This document shows, piece after piece, positions 29,659-38,205 of a DNA stretch of 64,000 nucleotides. Position numbers and translations under genes: made by a program. Source of the stretch: Methanobacteriota archaeon (GTDB lineage: Archaea > Thermoplasmatota > Thermoplasmata > SG8-5 > JAGLSY01); contig JAEHCO010000001.1 of the NCBI GenBank assembly GCA_020697715.1, forward strand, positions 714,149 through 778,148. Direction: 5' to 3'. Numbering within the stretch: position 1 is the first letter of the stretch; the number at the start of each line of letters is the position of its first letter. Below the pieces are notes generated by a model, which worked only from the letters and a program-made list of their open reading frames with translations, ran no database searches and was not told where the DNA came from.

Positions 29659-29713
29659 GGTGCGCCTGGTTGCCCACAAATTTCCCAGGCGCATCGTCTT
29701 TCTTTTTTCTTTT
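29659..29713 (+). terminator. Hairpin plus T tract
   Basis: GGTGCGCCTGG...CCAGGCGCATC followed by TCTTTCTTTTTTCTTTT. Confidence 0.65.
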
Positions 29714-29771
29714 AATTACCATTTTATTTCAATAGAATAAGATTTTATCAATTGTCGTATTGCACTATGAT

Positions 29772-30731
29772 ATGGATATCCCTAGCATCCAGGACATTGA
29801 AGAATCTCACCAGCGCATCCAGCCCCACATTAGGCGGACACCCGTCAAATCATCGGATGTCATCGACAAGGAACTTGGAGCAAGCCTTTTCTTCAAGTGC
29901 GAGAACCTCCAGGTATGCGGGGTGTTCAAGCCCCGAGGAGCTTCCAATGCCGTATTCTCACTGAGCGCGGAGGAAGCGATGAATGGAGTGGCGACGCATT
30001 CATCGGGCAACCATGCTCAAGCACTGGCATACGCGGCTAAAAAGAGAGGCATATCGGCTCATATCGTGATGCCCCGGACCGCCCCCAGTATCAAGGTGGA
30101 GGCGGTCAGATCCCATGGCGGTAATATCACATTCTGCGAGCCAAATCAGAAGGCTCGCGAAGACACTTTGGAAAAGATCGTGCAGGAAACACACGCACGA
30201 TTCATCCACCCTTATGATGATCCAGTCATAGTCGCGGGGCAGGCGACATCCGCCCGCGAGCTTATTCAGGACCATCCCGACCTCGACATAATTGTCGGGC
30301 CAGTGGGAGGTGGCGGCTTCATGTCCGGCACCTGTTTGGCAGCGAGGTATTGGTCCCCGAATACAAGGTTGATAGGAGCGGAACCGAAAGGCGCGGACGA
30401 TGCCTTTCGCTCACTAAAGGCCGGCCACATCATACCATCGATAGACCCGGACACGATCGCAGACGGTCTGCTGACATCACTGGGGATTATCAACTTCGAG
30501 ATACTAAGCCAGGATCTTGAGAGAATTATCACGGTCAGCGAGGAGAATATCATCAAGGCGATGAAACTCATATACGACCATCTTGGAATGATGGTCGAGC
30601 CCTCTGGAGCCGCGAGTCTGGCCGCCCTGTTGGAGAATGAGATCGACATCAGGGGAAAGAAGGTGGGTGTGATGGTGTCTGGCGGGAATATCAGCGCTGA
30701 GGGATTTGGGGAATTGACTGCATTGAAGTAA
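29772..30731 (+). CDS. PLP-dependent serine/threonine dehydratase or serine racemase
   Basis: KCENLQ..GVFKPRGA, HSSGNHAQ, PVGGGG, TIADGL, EPSGA and SGGN. Confidence 0.92.
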   Translation: MDIPSIQDIEESHQRIQPHIRRTPVKSSDVIDKELGASLFFKCENLQVCGVFKPRGASNAVFSLSAEEAMNGVATHSSGNHAQALAYAAKKRGISAHIVMPRTAPSIKVEAVRSHGGNITFCEPNQKAREDTLEKIVQETHARFIHPYDDPVIVAGQATSARELIQDHPDLDIIVGPVGGGGFMSGTCLAARYWSPNTRLIGAEPKGADDAFRSLKAGHIIPSIDPDTIADGLLTSLGIINFEILSQDLERIITVSEENIIKAMKLIYDHLGMMVEPSGAASLAALLENEIDIRGKKVGVMVSGGNISAEGFGELTALK

Positions 30732-30737
30732 ATAGAG

Positions 30738-30800
30738 AATAAGTGGGGTCATGCCCCGTCTAAATCTTAGTATATTCACAGTTGGCGGACGGGGTCTTAT
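30738..30800 (+). repeat. Dispersed structured repeat, copy A
   Basis: Aligns with the reverse complement of 44831-44894 with 8 substitutions and 1 indel by manual count; a 24-nt block is identical. Confidence 0.85.
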
Positions 30801-30844
30801 ATTCAATGTGCCAGTAAGTGACAATCACCAATTGATATTCCGTA

Positions 30845-30926
30845 AAACCCCGTCTGGATAGCAGTGTTTTATCTGCTTGAGGTCGGGGTTTATTTTTTTA
30901 ATATTCAGAGCGAGCGCGCTCTGAAT
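30845..30926. terminator. Two hairpins between convergent genes
   Basis: AAACCCCG...CGGGGTTT plus a T tract; ATTCAGAGCG-AGCG-CGCTCTGAAT flanked by A/T tracts. Confidence 0.6.
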
Positions 30927-31125
30927 TAAAAAAATAAAAAAAAGGGGGGAGGTAATCGTGATGTGTGATTTGGTTTGGTAACCCTTTTTTGACTACCTGT
31001 TCTATTTTGGGTCCCATCCCTGGTAAAAGCGGTTTCACCGCGTTTACCAATTGATTTCGTCGTTGTCGGGGAGTATTCCCCAGGTGCATCCATACCCACA
31101 CTTCTGCAGGTCACCCTCAATTTCC

Positions 31126-31362
31126 CTATAGTTTCAGAAGCTTTTCTTCCAGGGCTACAGCGTTCTCCACGGCCTGTTCAGCCGCCTGGATCTTCTGGAT
31201 CTTGTCTGGAACAAGCTCTATTCGCTCATAGATCATGTCCCTGACCGCTGCCCTTATAGCTTCAGAACGCGATGGGAAATCGTCTGCTCTGACAAGATAA
31301 TCAATAGCCTTCAGATACCGCTTGGGTACCCGGATAGTGATCTTCTCATTGTCGCCTTCCAT
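31126..31362 (-). CDS. Ribbon-helix-helix regulator, CdrS/CopG-like
   Basis: EKITIRVP...IDYLV..DDFPSRSEAIRAAVRDMI; SD GGAGTGG before the ATG at 31362. Confidence 0.85.
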   Translation of the reverse strand: MEGDNEKITIRVPKRYLKAIDYLVRADDFPSRSEAIRAAVRDMIYERIELVPDKIQKIQAAEQAVENAVALEEKLLKL

Positions 31363-31586
31363 TTTTATCCACTCCGGCGTTGTTTGTACCTCTTTCGCCT
31401 TACGCTTGTCGGACAATCCTATATCCTTTCACTTATATTTAAAGGTTTAGGTTTTAATAAGTTATATAGAAATAACTAGATAATTAATAGCCAGTAATTG
31501 TGCAAATATTAGAATGTTTCAAATAAACAGCATCTAATACCATTTTCATCAAGCTTAAATAATCGTGTGTGATTAGCCATTACAAT

Positions 31587-32231
31587 ATGGCAAATGATGT
31601 ATTTCGCTTAACATACGAACCACCCAATAAACGCAAGATAATGGGCTTCAGCCAGACCGAGTTCAAGGATCTGGGCATCGCGATGTTGGTCCTATCCATT
31701 GCCTTCACCATAGTTTTCAGCGGAGGCATCCAGGATATAGATTGGGTCGCCTTCCCATTGTTCTTCCTTGTGGCGGCGATCGCGGTACTAACTGCTTTTG
31801 TATTTCATGAACTGGCACATAAGTTCGTGGCTCAGAAATACGGCTGCTGGGCGGAGTTCAGATCCTGGCAGGCGGGACTGATGATGGCATTGGTATTCTC
31901 CATGATGGGATTTCTTTTCGCCGCTCCCGGGGCCGTGATGGTCATGGGCAATGTGACAAAAAGCCAGAATGGCAAGATAAGTGCTGCCGGACCAGCGACC
32001 AATATAATGATCGCGACAGCCGCATATGGAACATCCTTCCTGCTGGGCGATTCAGACATTGCATTCATCATATTCTTCATTGGAACTGTGAATGCCTTCA
32101 TAGGGGCATTCAATATGATACCCTTCATGCCTTTCGATGGAGCCAAGATAGTCAAATGGAGCATTCCCGTGTATGTGGTGATGCTGGCGGCTGTTCTATT
32201 CCTGGTCGCGATAGGCTATGGCATAATATGA
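31587..32231 (+). CDS. Site-2 protease (peptidase M50)
   Basis: HELAH, AAGP and NMIPFMPFDG motifs. Confidence 0.92.
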   Translation: MANDVFRLTYEPPNKRKIMGFSQTEFKDLGIAMLVLSIAFTIVFSGGIQDIDWVAFPLFFLVAAIAVLTAFVFHELAHKFVAQKYGCWAEFRSWQAGLMMALVFSMMGFLFAAPGAVMVMGNVTKSQNGKISAAGPATNIMIATAAYGTSFLLGDSDIAFIIFFIGTVNAFIGAFNMIPFMPFDGAKIVKWSIPVYVVMLAAVLFLVAIGYGII

Positions 32232-32294
32232 TAATATGATAATATGAAAATTTGACAGCAGGTTTTTTAAGCATGCCATCCGATTAACAAGTGT

Positions 32295-33011
32295 ATGCGA
32301 AATACGATCTCAACAATCGTCATTGTAGCTATGATCATTGTTGGCTTGGCAATAGTCCCGGTAGCAAGTCTGGTAACAGCCCAGGTACTCCCGGACCCCA
32401 CATATCTGGGTTATGGAGATCATGACATCGATATCACATTAGGCATGGGCGAGGTGTCGATATTCGTGATCCCGCTTGAGATGGGAGACAAGATCAATGT
32501 GAACCTGGAGGTGGGGTCAGGTGGAGCTGTTGATTTCTTCTTGATGGACAATTATACAATGTACATCATGTCGGAAGAAGGTGGGCTTTTTGATGAAGAT
32601 AGCGAACTGGTCTTTCTGGAAGATGGAACAAAAAGAGACACCTACCAGATATCTTATCAGCATACGGCAAATTTTGACGACACTCTCTTCTTATTGATAG
32701 ATAATAGTGGTTTGACAGAGACTGGAGCCACACCGACTGGCGATGTCAAGGTATCAGGCTCGATCGATGTGAAGGAAAGCATCTGGACCTTGCAGAATAT
32801 TGTCATCACTCTTGTCATAGTAGCCGTAATAATCATCATATTCGTTGGCATCAAACTTCCGGCCAAGAAGAAAAAGGAAGATGAGAGAAGAGTGGCTGTT
32901 AGAAAAGCCAATCTTGCCAAGCATCATAAGCAAGCTGGACATAAGAAACAGGTTAGAAAAGTGAGACGAAGAAGTACAGTGAAGCAAATTAAACGCAAGC
33001 CAAAAAGATGA
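32295..33011 (+). CDS. Secreted/membrane protein with C-terminal TM and long basic tail
   Basis: Signal peptide, acidic beta domain, TM helix, then a ~50-aa Lys/Arg-rich tail. Confidence 0.7.
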   Translation: MRNTISTIVIVAMIIVGLAIVPVASLVTAQVLPDPTYLGYGDHDIDITLGMGEVSIFVIPLEMGDKINVNLEVGSGGAVDFFLMDNYTMYIMSEEGGLFDEDSELVFLEDGTKRDTYQISYQHTANFDDTLFLLIDNSGLTETGATPTGDVKVSGSIDVKESIWTLQNIVITLVIVAVIIIIFVGIKLPAKKKKEDERRVAVRKANLAKHHKQAGHKKQVRKVRRRSTVKQIKRKPKR

Positions 33012-33047
33012 GAAAGGATTTTATGGAATTCCGATGATAAGGAGCGG

Positions 33048-33644
33048 ATGTATTCTGATGAGGATGGGGAATTAGCCGTTAAATATGCCAGGGCTTTGAT
33101 CGAATATTATGTCAAGAATGATGTGAAACCGGATGTCCGGCTTCCCGAACATTTCAATGAGATGTCCGGGGCTTTTGTCACTCTGAACACTTATCCAGAA
33201 GGTGATCTAAGGGGATGTATTGGCTATCCAGTACCGTATTTTCCACTTAAAGAAACACTGGAAAAGGCCGCCGAGGGAGCTATCCAGGACCCGAGATTTC
33301 CTAAATTGAGAAAAAGAGAGCTAGATCTGGTGGTCGTGGAGGTCAGCATACTCAGTCCCCCCGAACAGATAAGTGTGGAAAAACCACTGGATTATCTGAA
33401 AGAGGTCGTCGTCGGGCGCGATGGTTTGATCGTGGAGAAGGGCAATTACAAAGGCCTGCTCTTGCCCCAGGTTCCAGTTGAATGGAAATGGGATGTCAAG
33501 ACATATCTTTCTCAAACCTGTTTAAAAGCAGGTCTGAGACCGGATGCCTGGCTGGAACCAGATACTCAAATATTCAAATTCAGTGGACAGGTCTTTGGGG
33601 AAAAGAAACCAAATGGAGATATCACAAAGAAGGAGCTTGCATGA
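33048..33644 (+). CDS. AMMECR1 domain protein (TIGR00296-like)
   Basis: GAFVT, LRGCIG, DPRF, EVSILS, GRDGL, LLLPQV and KAG motifs. Confidence 0.93.
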   Translation: MYSDEDGELAVKYARALIEYYVKNDVKPDVRLPEHFNEMSGAFVTLNTYPEGDLRGCIGYPVPYFPLKETLEKAAEGAIQDPRFPKLRKRELDLVVVEVSILSPPEQISVEKPLDYLKEVVVGRDGLIVEKGNYKGLLLPQVPVEWKWDVKTYLSQTCLKAGLRPDAWLEPDTQIFKFSGQVFGEKKPNGDITKKELA

Positions 33645-34888
33645 CCCGACCGGAGCTTGTTATCAAAGGTAGAGTTTTGATGGGCAATGAGGCTCAGACC
33701 ATCTGCATCGGCATCGTGGATGGCAAAATAACAGTCATGGGGAAGGATCTGGATGGTGATGAATTCCTTGATTATTCCAAATATCTCATAATGCCGGGTG
33801 GCATCGACATACACACCCATATGCGTGACCCAGGATTCACGGATAAAGAGGATTTCAACACTGGAACAATGGCAGCTGCCTTTGGAGGGACCACGACCAT
33901 ACTGGATATGCCAAATACCAAGCCAATGGTAACAACCACACAACAGTTGAAGGATAAGCTCGATATCATAGAAAAAAAGGCCAATGTGGATTATGGCCTT
34001 TATGCCTCGCTCACACCTGATTCGAATATCAAAGAATTGAAGGAATTGGCTGTGGGTTTCAAGCTTTTCATGGCCGAGACCACATCCGCGATCCCGATTT
34101 CGGAGGATGAGATAAGAGATGTACTGGTTGACCCTGAATTGGATGGACAGGTGGTCAGTGTTCACGCCGAATCCCCCGAAAGGTTCAGAGACATCGAGGT
34201 CACTGACCTCACGACTCATGACGATTCAAGACCTGCTTCGGCCGAGGTCGTCGCGGTCGATACCATCACCCAGATGAAAACATCCGCCATTATGCATTTT
34301 GCCCATCTGACAGATCTCATGTCCTTTGAAAAGGCCTTCGGGTACAGCAATGAGATCACACCACACCATATGCTCCTAAGCACATCCAATGTCCATGGTA
34401 CAAAGGGTAAGGTCAATCCACCTTTACGAAATATCAGGGAGCAGGCCTCACTCTTCACGGCCTTCGTGAAAGCACAGGTGGGCATCGTGGCCAGTGATCA
34501 CGCACCTCATACAGTGGGGGAGAAGATACTGCCTTTTGGAGAAGCTCCATCTGGACTTCCGGGAGTGGAGACCAGACTCCCGATGATGCTGGCACTTGTT
34601 CAATCAGAACAAGTGAGCCTCGGATTGGTGCAGGCAACCTGCTGTCACAATCCGGCCAAATTATTTTCATTACCTAAGGGACAGATAGATGTTGGATTCG
34701 ATGCTGACCTGTCGATATTTGATATGAATAAGACTACCAAGATCGAGGGAGATAAATTGCATTCGAAATGCGGCTGGACCCCTTTTGAAGGTTATAATGC
34801 GATCTTCCCAGAACATGTTTTCCTGGGCGGAGAAGAAATAATTTCTGATGGAGAATTGGTCAGGAAAGGAAAAGGAAAGAAGATATGA
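33641..34888 (+). CDS. pyrC: Dihydroorotase (amidohydrolase)
   Basis: DIHTHMRDPG, DMPNT, KVNPPLR, SDHAPH and SKCGWTPFEG. ATG overlaps the AMMECR1 stop. Confidence 0.85.
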   Translation: MTRPELVIKGRVLMGNEAQTICIGIVDGKITVMGKDLDGDEFLDYSKYLIMPGGIDIHTHMRDPGFTDKEDFNTGTMAAAFGGTTTILDMPNTKPMVTTTQQLKDKLDIIEKKANVDYGLYASLTPDSNIKELKELAVGFKLFMAETTSAIPISEDEIRDVLVDPELDGQVVSVHAESPERFRDIEVTDLTTHDDSRPASAEVVAVDTITQMKTSAIMHFAHLTDLMSFEKAFGYSNEITPHHMLLSTSNVHGTKGKVNPPLRNIREQASLFTAFVKAQVGIVASDHAPHTVGEKILPFGEAPSGLPGVETRLPMMLALVQSEQVSLGLVQATCCHNPAKLFSLPKGQIDVGFDADLSIFDMNKTTKIEGDKLHSKCGWTPFEGYNAIFPEHVFLGGEEIISDGELVRKGKGKKI

Positions 34889-35032
34889 AAGAGTAAAGGG
34901 AAGCCCAGATTATGTACCTGGGCTCATATTGCCAGAATTGGAATTATATGCAAAGCTAGATTAAGCCTACGGCCATGTGGGCCTGACAGTCAAGGTGACT
35001 GTTTTGGTTGACACGACCGTAAAATGGCCTAT

Positions 35033-35341
35033 CTAACCGAACAATGCACCGAGACCGGCTGCTGCGTCTTCCTCTGTTGCTGCTTCTTCTTCGGGCTCTT
35101 CTTCCTTCTTAGCCTCTGCTGGAGCTGCTGCGCCACCTGCTGGTGCTGCTGCAGCTGCTGGTGCGGCCACCGCGGTCTTCATTGCTTCCTCGATGTCCAC
35201 GCCATCAAGAGATGCGGCCAATGCCTTAATTCTGGAAGTGTCTGCTTCGACACCTGCAGCCTTCAAGATATTTGCTATCGCGGTCTCATTGATCTCCTTC
35301 CCAGCTGAGTGAAGGATCATTGCGCTGTATATATATTCCAT
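35033..35341 (-). CDS. rpl12: 50S ribosomal protein P1/L12
   Basis: [11 protein letters not shown]...; C-terminal [13 protein letters not shown]. Confidence 0.97.
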   Translation of the reverse strand: MEYIYSAMILHSAGKEINETAIANILKAAGVEADTSRIKALAASLDGVDIEEAMKTAVAAPAAAAAPAGGAAAPAEAKKEEEPEEEAATEEDAAAGLGALFG

Positions 35342-35380
35342 TTCTTATTCCTCCTATATGATCTATTGATTCTTATCTAC

Positions 35381-36388
35381 TTAACCGAATAGGGCACCAA
35401 GTCCTGCTGCTGCATCCTCTTCGGTAGCTTCTTCTTCCTCGTCATCGTCTGGCTTTTTATCATCCTCTGCTGCAGATTCTGCGGCCACGGGAGCGGCTAC
35501 TGGAGCTGCAGACAATCTCGATCTGAGATCGTCATCCAGTGCATCTGGCACTTGGGATGCCACTGCCATCATCTTGCCTGTTGCGATCGCAAGAAGCATC
35601 TCGATGGTATCCTTATTAGCGACACCGGCATTCAGCGCTACGCTAAATGCCGCCATCTGAGCCTTGCTTATCAATGGTCTGATGGTAAGTGGTGTTGTGT
35701 AGGATATGAATGTTGCCAAGTTAAAGGAACTTGATATGACATAGTTCAGGTTGCCCATGAAGGCCTCTTCATCGATGTTCAATACATCTTTCCTGAAGAT
35801 CGTGCCATTTTCATAGACCGCGCCCATGTCCATTCCCACTGTCAATGGGAATATCTCCAACTTCGTAAGCATGGATGCCACATCTACTGGGATGGGCTCT
35901 CCTTCTTTGACAAGGACCTTCGTCTTCTTTATGACGACCTTCCCGCCCTCAATGGCTGCTGGTATTCCAGCTTTCTGGAAATCTCCGACTATTGGACCTG
36001 GTTTGAATGGAGTATCTCCTGCTTTGAGCTCTATTTCGTCTGGAGCTATCTCGCCGCCCTTTGCAGGGGCTGCTGTCTTTGTCGCTTCCAGACTTTTGTA
36101 TAATTTGAATGGGTTCATGTCGGTTGCTATGATCGCACACTGGCCATTGACCTCTCCTACCAGGCCTTCCAAGCCTTTCTTCTCTTCGGACAGATCTTTC
36201 AGTGCCCTCTCGATAAGATTGTTCTTTGCGACGATAAGTTGTGCTTTTCCCTTGAGATTTCGTCTCATCTTCTGGATCTGAGGACCCGGGATACCATTTA
36301 CCCTGACGATGCCAATGACTTCACTTTCTTTGATAAGTGAACTCAGATCTTCGACATATGCTTTCTTCCATTTCGCTGCCTGTGTCAT
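35381..36388 (-). CDS. rpl10: 50S ribosomal protein L10/P0
   Basis: WKK, KNNL, MNPFKL, GDTPFKPGP; C-terminal GLGALFG. Confidence 0.97.
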   Translation of the reverse strand: MTQAAKWKKAYVEDLSSLIKESEVIGIVRVNGIPGPQIQKMRRNLKGKAQLIVAKNNLIERALKDLSEEKKGLEGLVGEVNGQCAIIATDMNPFKLYKSLEATKTAAPAKGGEIAPDEIELKAGDTPFKPGPIVGDFQKAGIPAAIEGGKVVIKKTKVLVKEGEPIPVDVASMLTKLEIFPLTVGMDMGAVYENGTIFRKDVLNIDEEAFMGNLNYVISSSFNLATFISYTTPLTIRPLISKAQMAAFSVALNAGVANKDTIEMLLAIATGKMMAVASQVPDALDDDLRSRLSAAPVAAPVAAESAAEDDKKPDDDEEEEATEEDAAAGLGALFG

Positions 36389-37023
36389 TACATCAACCTC
36401 ACTGATGGACCCATAGTGGTCTTGACATAGATGGATGATATGTTCTGTTCACCGCGCTCTAATTTGGATTTCAATCTTGTGATCACAGCATCTATGTTCT
36501 CAGCCAGCTCGTCCGGACTCATATCTTTGGATCCGACCATCGTATGGAAGGTCTTGCTTTCCTTTGATCTTATCTTCACGGTCTTTCTCAAACCAGTGAT
36601 CAATACTGTTGGATCCATGCCTGGTGGTACTGGCTTAGGCATCTTTCCACGAGGACCCAGGAAAATACCCAATCTCTTACCAATTGTGGGCATAAGTGGA
36701 GCCTCTGCAATGAAGAACGCGTGCTGGTTGGCCAATTTCCTGGCCTTCCTCTTCTCATCAGCATATTCTTCGATCTCTTCAGGTGTGATGACCGTATCGG
36801 CAACTGCCTTTGCCTTTACTGCAAGTTCACCACTACCGAAAACCGCAATTTTCATGTCCTTACCCCTTCCGTTTGGAAGCTGGATCTCTTCTTCTATCCT
36901 GTTCTTAGGTATCTTCAGGTCGATATCTTTCAAATTGATAGCCAGCTCTACTGACTCTTTGAATTTTCGCTCCTGAGCATCTTCGATCGCCTTCTTCAAG
37001 GCTGCCATCATGTTTGGGTCCAT
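36388..37023 (-). CDS. rpl1: 50S ribosomal protein L1
   Basis: RKFKESVEL, LP.GRGK, LGPRGKMPKP and KTTMGP. Confidence 0.97.
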   Translation of the reverse strand: MDPNMMAALKKAIEDAQERKFKESVELAINLKDIDLKIPKNRIEEEIQLPNGRGKDMKIAVFGSGELAVKAKAVADTVITPEEIEEYADEKRKARKLANQHAFFIAEAPLMPTIGKRLGIFLGPRGKMPKPVPPGMDPTVLITGLRKTVKIRSKESKTFHTMVGSKDMSPDELAENIDAVITRLKSKLERGEQNISSIYVKTTMGPSVRLM

Positions 37024-37035
37024 TGGATATTCCTC

Positions 37036-37069
37036 CTGTAGTTAGTCGGGGGATCAGCCCCTCCTACAG
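37036..37069 (-). promoter_or_regulatory. Putative L1-binding autoregulatory leader hairpin
   Basis: CUGUAG-GAG-GGG-CUGAU-CCC-CCGACUAA-CUACAG: two helices around an asymmetric internal loop; the 3' strand overlaps the SD AGGAGGA of rpl1. Confidence 0.65.
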
Positions 37070-37181
37070 TATCACATAACTTAACTGTGGAAACCATGGT
37101 AATAATGAGATGTTTATAAACGTTTTGGTTAAAATGGGGGTGAAGTAGGCATGAACAACACTTAGGTCTAGTCCTATACGT

Positions 37182-37460
37182 CTATTCAGGTTCCAGCCAC
37201 TTTCCATTCTCTCCATATTCCTGGACGATCCTGAGCATACCCAGAGTCTCCAACAGGATAAAGAGGACAAGCATCAGAACAGGATAGAGCGAATAATCTC
37301 CCTTTATAATAATAAATGATATCAATATACCAAAGAATATGAGAGAAGCCACACTGGCCGCCCTTCCCTTCTTATTGGGTATTATTTTTGGAACATCAGA
37401 AGGAGCATCTTCCGATGTCTCTATTGGTATTTCTGGATCATTGGCTTCAATTGCTTCCAT
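37182..37460 (-). CDS. Small 2-TM membrane protein
   Basis: Two hydrophobic helices; SD GGAGG upstream; last gene of the lig operon. Confidence 0.6.
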   Translation of the reverse strand: MEAIEANDPEIPIETSEDAPSDVPKIIPNKKGRAASVASLIFFGILISFIIIKGDYSLYPVLMLVLFILLETLGMLRIVQEYGENGKWLEPE

Positions 37461-37461
37461 T

Positions 37462-38199
37462 CTATTCCTCCTTCTCGATTATCGCTATGTATTGATGTTC
37501 ATTGTCCAGGTACTGGCTCACTTTCCAACCCGTGCCTTCCAGTATCATCTCCATCTCATCCTTTGACACGATGAGATAATCGAACCATGGGTTTGTGAAT
37601 TTTTTGTAGCGAACCCTTATCCTCACCTGGCCAGACATCCTGCCACGCTTGCGATTATATTCCTGATACCATAGGTGATCGGGGTTATCAGTTTCATGCA
37701 CTTGCATGCTCTCGGTGATTATCCTGGCATCTTCGCTCGTCATGCCATGGAAGCGCTTGAGCAACCATTTCGCCCTCTTGACATTGGAGAACAATCCGAA
37801 ATTATTGCCCAGCATCATTATGGTGTCGAACTGGCCTAATTTTGAGTTTACCTGTGTGATCGGCAGGGGCTTTGTCTTCTTCAAGCCCCTTTCCCTGGCC
37901 ACCTTCTGTGCCATCGGAGAATTGTCGATACCAAGGACATCCAGACCCTTCTCGTTCTGGAGATATATCGCATGCCGGCCTGCACCACTGCCAATGTCCA
38001 GCACTTTGCCTTTTGCGAACTTCATAGCCTTTTTCTCATGGGGAGCCCAGTCCTTGTATTCGGACAGATACATCTTGGGGCCAGTGGATGCATCGATATA
38101 GCCATCCTCTCTTTCTATAACCTCATCCACGTCCTTTCCCTTGTAAAAATCGTATATCACATGGCCTTGCGCATCCTCATGGTCCTTCAACATACCCAT
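37462..38199 (-). CDS. Class I SAM-dependent methyltransferase
   Basis: [22 protein letters not shown] and [12 protein letters not shown]. Confidence 0.9.
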   Translation of the reverse strand: MGMLKDHEDAQGHVIYDFYKGKDVDEVIEREDGYIDASTGPKMYLSEYKDWAPHEKKAMKFAKGKVLDIGSGAGRHAIYLQNEKGLDVLGIDNSPMAQKVARERGLKKTKPLPITQVNSKLGQFDTIMMLGNNFGLFSNVKRAKWLLKRFHGMTSEDARIITESMQVHETDNPDHLWYQEYNRKRGRMSGQVRIRVRYKKFTNPWFDYLIVSKDEMEMILEGTGWKVSQYLDNEHQYIAIIEKEE

Positions 38200-38205
38200 T
38201 TTATC

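Noticed and set aside
30738-30800. Repeat element considered as CRISPR repeat, SECIS, H/ACA guide or HDV-like ribozyme
   Set aside because: Not arrayed with spacers, no in-frame UGA in the upstream genes, no K-turn/ACA, and no nested P1/P3 pseudoknot found.
30898-31120. 64-aa and 67-aa ORFs downstream of the RHH gene
   Set aside because: They run through poly-T and hairpins and have no motifs; better explained as non-coding.
32223-32246. Tandem ATAATATG x3 over the M50 stop codon
   Set aside because: Micro-duplication with no evident functional consequence.
33482-33640. N-terminal extension of pyrC in the ORF track
   Set aside because: Overlaps AMMECR1. The ATG at 33641 has an SD (AAGGAG) and gives a typical length.
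35033-35430. Near-identical C-terminal tails of rpl10 and rpl12
   Set aside because: Well-known feature of archaeal P-stalk proteins.
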